In this document: positions 48,840 through 57,700 of the stretch, in pieces
Numbering within the stretch: the first letter of the stretch is position 1
Layout of the letters: every line of letters begins with the position of its first letter
IMG/VR virus record: IMGVR_UViG_3300009378_000005
Span: 1-64,000 of that record
Strand: one strand, 5' to 3'
Length of the DNA: 64,000 nt
Origin: an uncultured virus (IMG/VR IMGVR_UViG_3300009378_000005)
Taxonomy: Duplodnaviria; Heunggongvirae; Uroviricota; Caudoviricetes
The notes under the pieces: generated by a model
Database searches by the model: none
What the model was told of the DNA's origin: nothing
Seen by the model: only the letters and a program-made list of their open reading frames with translations
Made by a program: the position numbers and the translations under genes

Positions 48840-50258
48840 TTACTTTAACCCAGCAAGCTTAGCCCATCGTGAAACCTCTGTTGCCTCTGATAGCTGAGCT
48901 GATGCTCGTTTCGTCGGCCTTGAGGAAGCACCAAGTGTTCTTCTTGCTGTTGATTCTGATAGATTCTCTGACTTGCCTTTTGAAAGTGATTCCGTCAGGC
49001 TCTTGTATAGCAGCTTCACCTCTCTTAAGCTTCTCGCATCATCAAGAGACTCGATGATTGATTTCCTCTGTGTCGATGAGACATTTGGATTTTGAAGAAG
49101 CTTATTTACGTAAAGAAGCTTTGCGTTAAACAAATTCAGATCTGTCAACTGCTCACGAAGTGTTTCAACGGCACTTCTGTATTCGTTGAGCTTATTTTTA
49201 AGAGCTCGATTCTGACGGCTCTCATTGCTAAGACTGCGCTTTAATTTTCGCATCTCTTTTAGAACGTTAATATCCTTGTCACCTAGCTCGAGTGCATCCT
49301 TGCCGGCTTTGCCGCCGCCGAAGTGATGGGCCATTGCCTTGGCCTCGCCCTCAGAGAGCTGGTCACGTAATTTCTTTAGCTCAGATCGAAGAGCACCTTC
49401 ATCGATCTCATATAAGACATCATCCTCTTCCTCAAGATCAGGTAGGTCAGGTAGGTCAGGTAGATCATCCTCCTCTCCTTCCACATCTTCAGGTTCTTCA
49501 ACTGATTCAACATCACCATCCTCTCCTTCCTCATCCTCAACAACACTTACACTTGCTGTTGATAATGCATCACGAAGATCATCAGACAGCTCAACATCAC
49601 CAAGGTCTAGCTCAAGGCTCACCTCGTCTAAGCTGTTTTCTGTTAGGTTAAACTCCTTCTCAAGAGCGTTTAGGTCAATTTCATAAAGGACATCGTCATT
49701 TTTAGACATATCTTGATTCTCCATTTGTGAATCGTCTTGAATATTTATTACTTCACTGTTAAAAAGGTCAGCATTTTCATTAAATTTATTAGCAATAGCT
49801 AATAGCTTCTTTTTCTCATCATCGCATAAGCAGTCAAATGTCTCATTAACAGCAGATCTCATTGCATCTTCCGTCACATCAGAAGACATTGCCTCTGCGG
49901 CCTCATTGCCACCTAACAACTCAACTAAGGACATCAAGGCCGTCTCATCAAGAGAAACCTCATCTAGATCATCCTCATACACAGGAAGAGGCCTTGTTAT
50001 CTCATCAACATCGTCTCCGCCGCCTGGATTTTCAATAGAGTCGTCATCATCGTCAGATGAGCCTGTAAGAACATGGCTGTCATCATCATCAGAATCACTG
50101 TTCTCACTAACAAGCTGTTCCTCTATGAACTTTCTAATTTTTGGTGTAACAGCCTCGATAATAGCATTTTTTGCATTTTGTTCCGCTGTCTCACGGAGCA
50201 TTCTTGCCTCAGCTATTGCCTCATCGTAAAGTGACTTTGACATTTTTTCCCTCGTCAT
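48840..50258 (-). CDS. Prohead core/scaffold protein (gp22-like)
   Basis: Directly upstream of the capsid gene; highly acidic and coiled-coil; LNLFNAKLLYVNKL; ends RWAKLAGLK; many LxE motifs. Confidence 0.8.
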   Translation of the reverse strand: MTREKMSKSLYDEAIAEARMLRETAEQNAKNAIIEAVTPKIRKFIEEQLVSENSDSDDDDSHVLTGSSDDDDDSIENPGGGDDVDEITRPLPVYEDDLDEVSLDETALMSLVELLGGNEAAEAMSSDVTEDAMRSAVNETFDCLCDDEKKKLLAIANKFNENADLFNSEVINIQDDSQMENQDMSKNDDVLYEIDLNALEKEFNLTENSLDEVSLELDLGDVELSDDLRDALSTASVSVVEDEEGEDGDVESVEEPEDVEGEEDDLPDLPDLPDLEEEDDVLYEIDEGALRSELKKLRDQLSEGEAKAMAHHFGGGKAGKDALELGDKDINVLKEMRKLKRSLSNESRQNRALKNKLNEYRSAVETLREQLTDLNLFNAKLLYVNKLLQNPNVSSTQRKSIIESLDDARSLREVKLLYKSLTESLSKGKSENLSESTARRTLGASSRPTKRASAQLSEATEVSRWAKLAGLK

Positions 50259-50286
50259 TACTTAATTATTATGCAAATTAATAAAA

Positions 50287-50916
50287 TTACTCATCTTCAT
50301 CATCTAGAAGCATCAGTATTCTAATGTGTTGTTTTATTAATGATCTCTCATCATCACTCAAGATGTCAGATATTTCAAATGCACTTATGTCATCATCAAC
50401 AGGATCATTCACTGGTGCTCTTGATGTTCCATATACAGTGCCAGTTCTTTTTGGTGGGCCTGTTGTTCTAAATGCCTGACCTGAACCGCCTGTTCCGATT
50501 GGCGGGCCGCTGAAGCCTTTAGGATATAAAACGTTATGAGAGAACGGAGCTATTCCAGATGACGCCTTTGGCATTCCCTTTTCTGCAAGGGGTGCAAGAT
50601 CAAATCTCTGATTGGTTGCAAATGATGCTCTATCAGCCCTTCTGCTAGGATCGGCCCTGACATGGACTTGATTTATCTTTGATACGAAGTCATCGACATC
50701 GTCTAGATCATCAAACATCTCATCAAAGAACTCATCCTCCTCGTCATCATCAAACTCATATCTCGGAGGTTCGACATAGATTCCGCTTTCTCCAGATATC
50801 GGTCTTTCAGATCCCAGTCCGGTTCCCATGCTCGGGATCTTAGACTGAGACTTGCCGTAACCGTGGCCCTGTCTTGAGTCATAGTTTCCAGGATTATAAT
50901 AGCTCTGTTTAGGCAT
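50287..50916 (-). CDS. Hypothetical head-module protein
   Basis: 209-aa low-complexity ORF coupled to the upstream gene. Confidence 0.6.
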   Translation of the reverse strand: MPKQSYYNPGNYDSRQGHGYGKSQSKIPSMGTGLGSERPISGESGIYVEPPRYEFDDDEEDEFFDEMFDDLDDVDDFVSKINQVHVRADPSRRADRASFATNQRFDLAPLAEKGMPKASSGIAPFSHNVLYPKGFSGPPIGTGGSGQAFRTTGPPKRTGTVYGTSRAPVNDPVDDDISAFEISDILSDDERSLIKQHIRILMLLDDEDE

Positions 50917-51419
50917 CAGCCCTTGCCGTCTGAGCCCTGATATGACCTTCCAGAAATATACTGTCCGATTTTTTGTGACGCTATTCTTCCAGATGTATCA
51001 GAAGGTGACGTCTGGCCACCAAGACCAGATCCAAATTCAACACCGCTCTCAGGCAGGTCACCTTCAAAAGGCGCCTGATCGTTTGGAAATACACTACCTG
51101 GACCAGGGGATGTGATGTTTGGAACATACGGTGACGAAGGAAGTCCGCCGCCGCCTGTCTTGACATCACTAAGAACAGGAGTTGGATCATTTGATGTTCC
51201 AATGAAGTCCCTGTTAAATGAATTTGTTCCGAGGCCGTTTAGCACCTCACCATTCAATGCCAGGCTTTCATATTCCTCTCTTCTCTCGTCATCGGTGAGG
51301 TCACCGCTGTAAATAGGTGATGACGAAAATGACTTCTGCAAGTTATTCTCATTTCTGGCACCTAGCGGGCTCTTTGATGCAGGGGCTGCCTCAACTGTTA
51401 TCTGCTTAACCTCAGGCAT
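50916..51419 (-). CDS. Hypothetical Gly/Pro/Ser-rich head-module protein
   Basis: 167-aa ORF within the head operon. Confidence 0.6.
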   Translation of the reverse strand: MPEVKQITVEAAPASKSPLGARNENNLQKSFSSSPIYSGDLTDDERREEYESLALNGEVLNGLGTNSFNRDFIGTSNDPTPVLSDVKTGGGGLPSSPYVPNITSPGPGSVFPNDQAPFEGDLPESGVEFGSGLGGQTSPSDTSGRIASQKIGQYISGRSYQGSDGKG

Positions 51420-51420
51420 C

Positions 51421-51684
51421 TTATAGATCCTTCATGATCTGCGACTTGATCGCATTTCGAATTCGCCTGACACGCTTTAAGTTTTTGATTAATCTCGCCT
51501 CAGCCAATCCTAGCTTTTTGGCATGGTCAATCTTGTGAGATAGTGTTCCTGCAAGAGAATCAGCATCGACCTCTTTTGCATCGTCAGATGATGCGCCAGG
51601 AAGCCCAGACTCTTCTAACTTTCTCTTTTCATCAAGAACCATCTGCTTTAAAAGATCAGATGTTAGCTTCTTTACAGTTGACAT
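51421..51684 (-). CDS. Small head-module protein with KLTSDLLKQMVLDE leader
   Basis: AGGAG RBS; shared leader motif. Confidence 0.65.
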   Translation of the reverse strand: MSTVKKLTSDLLKQMVLDEKRKLEESGLPGASSDDAKEVDADSLAGTLSHKIDHAKKLGLAEARLIKNLKRVRRIRNAIKSQIMKDL

Positions 51685-51742
51685 GATAATTCTCCTAATA
51701 TATGCATGAAATACATATTCTAGAATTTAAAAACTATTATGT

Positions 51743-52198
51743 CTACCGTGACTTATTTGTGCTATCTGAAAATGCTAGTGCCGCCCAGTTTCCAGCTGAC
51801 TCACTAAACAGATCGAGGGGATCACTCTGTGCTGCAATCATCGAGGCCCTGTCGCTTGTCGGACCAGTTCTCGTTGACGATGCCTGCTCCTGGAGAGTTG
51901 TAAGAGCTGTATCTTTAAATATTGACGCCATGACAGGATCAGATGTCATCGCTGCTGCCGCTGATTCAGCAAGGACTGACTCATCCTGGCTGTCGTCTCT
52001 ATTTTGACCCCACTCTATTCTATCAAGTGACTGTGACCGACCTGACACCTTGGGCTCTTTTATCGTTGTCATCTGTGAACGATCTTCAACACGTGATGTC
52101 TGGATGATTGATGTCCCGCTAAGACCTTCTTGCAATATTTCAACAAGACATTCCTTGACGATTCCCTTTAAGTCACCCTTGCTTAATCTTTTACTCAT
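51743..52198 (-). CDS. Head-module protein with LSKGDLKGIVKE leader
   Basis: Directly downstream of the prohead protease; shared leader motif. Confidence 0.65.
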   Translation of the reverse strand: MSKRLSKGDLKGIVKECLVEILQEGLSGTSIIQTSRVEDRSQMTTIKEPKVSGRSQSLDRIEWGQNRDDSQDESVLAESAAAAMTSDPVMASIFKDTALTTLQEQASSTRTGPTSDRASMIAAQSDPLDLFSESAGNWAALAFSDSTNKSR

Positions 52199-52203
52199 CT
52201 TTT

Positions 52204-53874
52204 CTACCAGGATAAAATTTCATTAAAAATTCTATCAATCTTATCCGTCTTAGTAAAAATCCTATCTAGATCTTTTTGATCTATCTTTCTTGATTCACGA
52301 AGCATGAAAGCACCGGGCGTGCTTGGCTCAGATACCATATCAAAGCAGATTAATTGAAAATCTTCCTGGACGATCTGGCTATCTCCTTGCTGTCTTGTAG
52401 ACCCTACACCTCTAGATGAAATACCCAGAGTCACGCCAGATTCAACCAGGCTCTGTAAGATCTTTCCACTGGGTGTGTTAAGTAGCTCAATTGATCCAAC
52501 AACGGCGTCACCTTCCATCCTTGCCTCACGAATAATGTGAGATGCATTTTTTAACTCAACAACACTATGTTCTGGATGATCACAGTTACCTGTCCAAAAT
52601 TGCTTGCCGTTTCTTCGTGCCATCCAGTTTCCATTAGGTGTTGTAACACAGTAAACATTGCTATCATGATCAACTTCATCAATTTTCATGAATCTTAGGT
52701 CTAGACCAATGTGCTTTGCATGATTTTCAGATATCAGCCACATTGGCTTTGAATTCTCAGCAAGAATCATCCTTCCAGGCTCAATCTCTCTATCTTTTTG
52801 TAAATATGATCTCGTGTTGCTTCCAACTCCAAGCTTCATAAATAACTCACTCACATCTTGAGCAAGCTCAGGAGATGTAGTGCAATACTCTCTAACAAGC
52901 CTTCCTCTAATTACTCTATTTCTTCCATCACCTATCAAAAGCCACGTCATCAATGTTTCAAGATGCTCTTTAGACCACTCTAGAATCTCATCCGGTATTC
53001 TCTTTTGTGAACTATGCCCTAGCTCATAAAGATAGCTGTGCAAGCCTTTATGAGAGCATGTAAAGTCAATTGTTTCACCGTCTGCTCTAGCACATTCTCT
53101 CCACTCTAGCGGCATATCCCTAAGAAGATCACGAATCATCTTTACGTTCTCTGCCTTCTTTTGTGTTATCTGCACCTTATTAGAAGAAGAATAACCACTC
53201 TTTGTTCCAGCTGCACAGCCTTCAGAAATGTATATTCCCATAAAGCCCGCCCAGACGTGAGGATCGACATTTAAGTCAGTTCCAGGTATGTTATATATCT
53301 CTGGAGTTTCTCCAACCCATTCTGACCTGAAGCTTAAACCGCAGTGTGATAACCAGCTTGATTCCTCATTATACAGATCATAAACTGACTGTGCTGTCAT
53401 ATACGTCGGCTTATTGTTCCTGTCATATAACAGCACCTTGTGGTCAGGCGTTAACTTCATATCAAGAGATCTAGCATTGTAAAAATGAAGCATTTTTCCA
53501 CTATAGTGCTTATTTGTAATGTGAAGTATCTCTTGTTCTTTTAGCTCATTTGTTTCTGTATTTAATGTAAATACTCTATCATCTGGTCTTAGGTCTTTGA
53601 AGTTTAACCAGCCTCTCTTTGTAAAAATTTGAGTCTCTTCATCGACGCACTCACCCAAGGCCCTATTTTCCTTAATAAATTTTTGATAATTAAGAATCTC
53701 TCTCTCAAGAATCGATATAGGATATATCCTTCCGTTTTGGTTTACCGTATTTGCACGTTGCAAAACGCCCTTTAAAACAACCTTTCCGCCATTTCTATCT
53801 CTTGACTCTTTAATTGTCTGTGCACTATACTGTAGCGGAGTCCACTCAGTAAGAAGCTGTAGCTTATTTTCCAT
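52204..53874 (-). CDS. Prohead protease (T4 gp21-like), intein-containing; mature protein ~201 aa
   Basis: GVLQRA..NQNGRIYP..RALGE|CDHP..SH..LLNTPSGKIL..GISSRGVGS..FDMVSEPSTPGA. Confidence 0.93.
   Translation of the reverse strand: MENKLQLLTEWTPLQYSAQTIKESRDRNGGKVVLKGVLQRANTVNQNGRIYPISILEREILNYQKFIKENRALGECVDEETQIFTKRGWLNFKDLRPDDRVFTLNTETNELKEQEILHITNKHYSGKMLHFYNARSLDMKLTPDHKVLLYDRNNKPTYMTAQSVYDLYNEESSWLSHCGLSFRSEWVGETPEIYNIPGTDLNVDPHVWAGFMGIYISEGCAAGTKSGYSSSNKVQITQKKAENVKMIRDLLRDMPLEWRECARADGETIDFTCSHKGLHSYLYELGHSSQKRIPDEILEWSKEHLETLMTWLLIGDGRNRVIRGRLVREYCTTSPELAQDVSELFMKLGVGSNTRSYLQKDREIEPGRMILAENSKPMWLISENHAKHIGLDLRFMKIDEVDHDSNVYCVTTPNGNWMARRNGKQFWTGNCDHPEHSVVELKNASHIIREARMEGDAVVGSIELLNTPSGKILQSLVESGVTLGISSRGVGSTRQQGDSQIVQEDFQLICFDMVSEPSTPGAFMLRESRKIDQKDLDRIFTKTDKIDRIFNEILSW
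52585..53649 (-). mobile_element. Intein with LAGLIDADG endonuclease (355 aa) in the prohead protease
   Basis: CVDEETQIFT, LTPDH, FMGIYISEG and LMTWLLIGDG, VYCVTTPNG..WTGN|C. Confidence 0.92.
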
Positions 53875-54724
53875 TTAATTCCTCTACTATCTCATTCTTT
53901 AGCTGTGATATGACTAGGAATCTAGATATCACCTCATCAGAAACAGATTCTGTCTGTTCAGAACTAACCTTATCACTAACTGCATCGATCTTTTCAAGGA
54001 TTGTATTATTATCTGTGCTACGCTTAAGCCTATCAAGCTCACTAATCGTGTTGCTTTTAATCTCTAATAGCGTCTCACTTATTGACATACCGTTCCACCC
54101 GCTCTCAGATGAAAACACATATGACCTAATCAATGTCTTCTGATCGTTACTTAAAGAGCCGCCGTATCTCTTGTTGAACTTTTCTGTCATCAGCTTAATA
54201 ACTAGCTCATCCACATCGTTATTAATATTTTCCTCAATTGACTTCTCGACCTTTTCTGACAACAGCCACTCAACAACCTTTGACTCAAATTGAACAACCT
54301 TTGACAGATCTGATCTATCGCTTTTCCTCCACTCATTTAATAACGTCTGAATTGTGGCATACGTCGTATACTCTGGAATTCTCCTGTGATAGAAGCTCTT
54401 ATCGTCTAACGTGTGATTGATATCCCTTATGAGCATTGACTTCTCACGATCAAGACGCTTAGTGTTGCATCTTCTTGCAGCATACTTGGCCTCTGTTAGG
54501 ATGCTTGCTGCAACAGGTGTGTCACTAACAGTCGTCTTTGCAAGCGCGTTAAACAGCCTGAATTCCTTATATAGCTCCGTTGACTTGTGGAACCTTCTCT
54601 CAATTATATCAAGGGCCGTCTTTGCCGCTGCCTTGTCGCCTCTGATCAGTGAGTCAGATATGTTTCTGAGAAGAAGCTCATATATTATTCCGATGTTTCT
54701 CTTCTTATTATGAGATCTTGCCAT
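53864..54724 (-). CDS. Hypothetical head assembly protein between portal and protease
   Basis: HNKKRNIGIIYELL..ELYKEFRLF; helical; position in the head operon. Confidence 0.7.
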   Translation of the reverse strand: MARSHNKKRNIGIIYELLLRNISDSLIRGDKAAAKTALDIIERRFHKSTELYKEFRLFNALAKTTVSDTPVAASILTEAKYAARRCNTKRLDREKSMLIRDINHTLDDKSFYHRRIPEYTTYATIQTLLNEWRKSDRSDLSKVVQFESKVVEWLLSEKVEKSIEENINNDVDELVIKLMTEKFNKRYGGSLSNDQKTLIRSYVFSSESGWNGMSISETLLEIKSNTISELDRLKRSTDNNTILEKIDAVSDKVSSEQTESVSDEVISRFLVISQLKNEIVEELNGK

Positions 54725-54731
54725 TTTGGAA

Positions 54732-57700
54732 TCAATCCTCCTCTGATGAATTATCGTTCTCAGAGATCACCCTTCTACGATTACTTATGGTGTTCCCAAG
54801 AGATTTTAATGACGACCTTACGTCTGATGTCATTTTATTCTGCGTTTCTATCTTATCATCTATCATGTCCATAAACTCTGCATCATCCATCTCAGACAGG
54901 GTGGGAATTGAAACCCTCACAAGTCCTCTGAGGTCTGATCTGTCTTGATATCTCTTTTGTTTCATCCCAAATGGGTGTGTGATTGAGTCAGATGCGTTAT
55001 TTCTGTCATGTGAAACGATCCGAGAATGATCTGTGTCATTATTGTTTCTACCTCTTCTACGTTTTCTCTTCTCATCCTCAACTTCAGCCGGTGTCTTATC
55101 GTCGTCGTCATCATCGTCATCAACAACCTCAGAGAGCCTATCAACCGTTCCCTGTGCTGTTATCGGAGATGTCTCATCCCTAATTGATAGAGAGCCAAGA
55201 TCAATCTCGTCGAACTCCCTGACTCCAGAAGATGTTAGAAGGTCAAGTCCAGAGCTATTTCTGTCATCTCCCGCAAGGGCTAGATCAGCTACGGCAGGCT
55301 CCTCATCTTCAGGCTCCTCAGATTCTGGACCCATTGCTAGCTCATCTGCTCCCTCTGGCTCATCACCAGGTAGGTGGACAGCCTCGACCTTGAGATCCAT
55401 CAGCCTGTCACCGAACCTTCCCTTGGAGATCTTATCTATCTCATCGTCTGTCATGTTAAAGATGTTTCTTCTTAACCACTCTCTGTCAACAAGCCCTTCT
55501 ATTCCGGATGCTGACCCTGCGATCTCGAATCTTGACCTAAACAGCTCTAGCTTCTGCTGCTGTGCGATAGTGCTTGGGTTAGATAGCTGTAATGTGAAAT
55601 CTAGAAGATCCTCACCCTCAAACCCATTGCAGAACAGGTGAATGATAGCTATCTTATTCATCTCTGCAATTATTGTTCTCTGGATTCTTGCAATGGTTCT
55701 TGAAAAACGTATGTCTTCTTGAGAGTTATGAACAAATATTTCTGCAGCGAGAGCAAAGTTATGATGTGTGTCAACAGTTATGTCATAAACCAACTCTGGC
55801 TCATCTAGCTTTACTATCTCAATATTTGCAATCTTATGGTTGGAATTAATGTTATCTTCTAATAAATTGTCTTCACAATGTGTCATCGGGCTTTCACCAA
55901 TACTTAAGTCCTCTGCATTTGTGTATAGACCATCTTTCATTAAAAACGGGTGATTATCTGTGCATTCAACAATTTTGCCATTGTCGAGTGTAACTCTATA
56001 AAGCTCAGTGACCTCTTTTGTAGCCCACGCGTTTGTGATATTTCCGAATGTTGTTCTCTTATTATCATGATCATATGAATAAACTTTTAACTTTTTGCCA
56101 TCATTAAATTCATTTACAATATCCAGAATAGAAAGTTTTCTTCCGTCAACAAGGCATATTTCTGTATTTCCTCTCAGGCATAGTGTTGCCTTTGCACCCA
56201 GGCCTTCATCATAGCCTAGATATGCCTTAGGAATCTTTAACGCTGCAAATAGCTTCTTCTGGATGTATTCGACGTCCTCGATAGCTGTTGCATTTGCCCC
56301 GCCGGCAAGTGTATCGATCTTGGTGCCTGACTCTCCGCCGCGAACGGGAAGATAATAATCCTCATCGACCGAATTCTTAATAAAAACCCCAGATTCTATT
56401 CTCTGATCATCAGAAAAGCATCTAGAATCGCCCGGAGTTGCAAAGTTATGGTAACCTTCAATTGTTACTGCACCTACATTCTCAGTATGATCTAGAACCT
56501 CTACACATACAACTTTATGATTAGCATACGAAGCAGCTTGTTTCATCTCAGATCGTGTTTTTCCAGACATCCACGTCCAGTAACAATCTTGTGAGCAAAA
56601 TGTTTTATAGCTCTTTATATCTGTATCACAGCCCCGGCATGCAGAATTTGGCTTATTAAATTTTCCGCCAGATAGATAGGTTGTATCAAATGATTTACCA
56701 GTATACCCGTGCGACTGCAGTATTCTCATAAAATCATATCGACTTATTCCAAAATGCCTGATTATGTCATTTCTAGAAATGTTTATACTGTTACTAGCAT
56801 ATATTTCTATTTCTTTCCAAGGGGCACGTAATGAAGCATAATAATCTTTTACTTCTCTTAGATTCTTGAACCCATTTTTTCTAAGTTGCTGTATGAATTG
56901 ACCTTTTGACAATTTATCATTAAATCCATTTTCAAAATTTTCATTCAGAGACCTAAGATAAGAAGTAAAATTATTGTCATTATTTAACCAGGTTCTTACC
57001 TCATATTCTCTAGCAGACGTTGTTAGTTCATTTAATGCTTGGATTACATGGTGAATTAATTCAGAATTTGTTTTAAGAGTTAGAGCATTTACTCTTTTTT
57101 CTCTTATTTCACTATTTTGCCACATCTTTGTATAAATTTCTGGATTTAGCTTTCCAGCTTCCCAAAGATTGATCATGTTTTTTCTAGATGCTTTTCTTCC
57201 AGCGGACGACTTGTTTCTCTCTACGCAGTAATCTCCGTGAATCTTGTGATGTTCTTTCCATGTGCATGGATGCAAGTTATTAGGAGAGTTATTTGTTTTA
57301 TCGAAATCTACATGATGAACAACTTTTCCTTTAATTGCTTCAAAACCAGATTCAGCTATTATATTTGCTCGATGTGTATAAACATAATTTTGTGAATATG
57401 GATCATAGATCATTTCATATCCATCAATTACTCGCTTATCATCACCTTTCTTTGACCAGCGCTTGTATAGTGGCATCAATGCATCATTTTCGCTTAGATT
57501 CTGTGCTTCACAGTATTCTCCATTACGAAGCATGAATTTATGATCAGGAGTTACATCAAGCCATTTATTGTTATCTAAATGAACCCTTACTAATTTTGCA
57601 TTTTCTTTTGTTATCCCCGCCCACATTACGCGGCCAGGAGCTAATTTCTTTCCATCGCGATCAATAGAATATACCCATTGATCTTTTTGGCCGTTACTTC

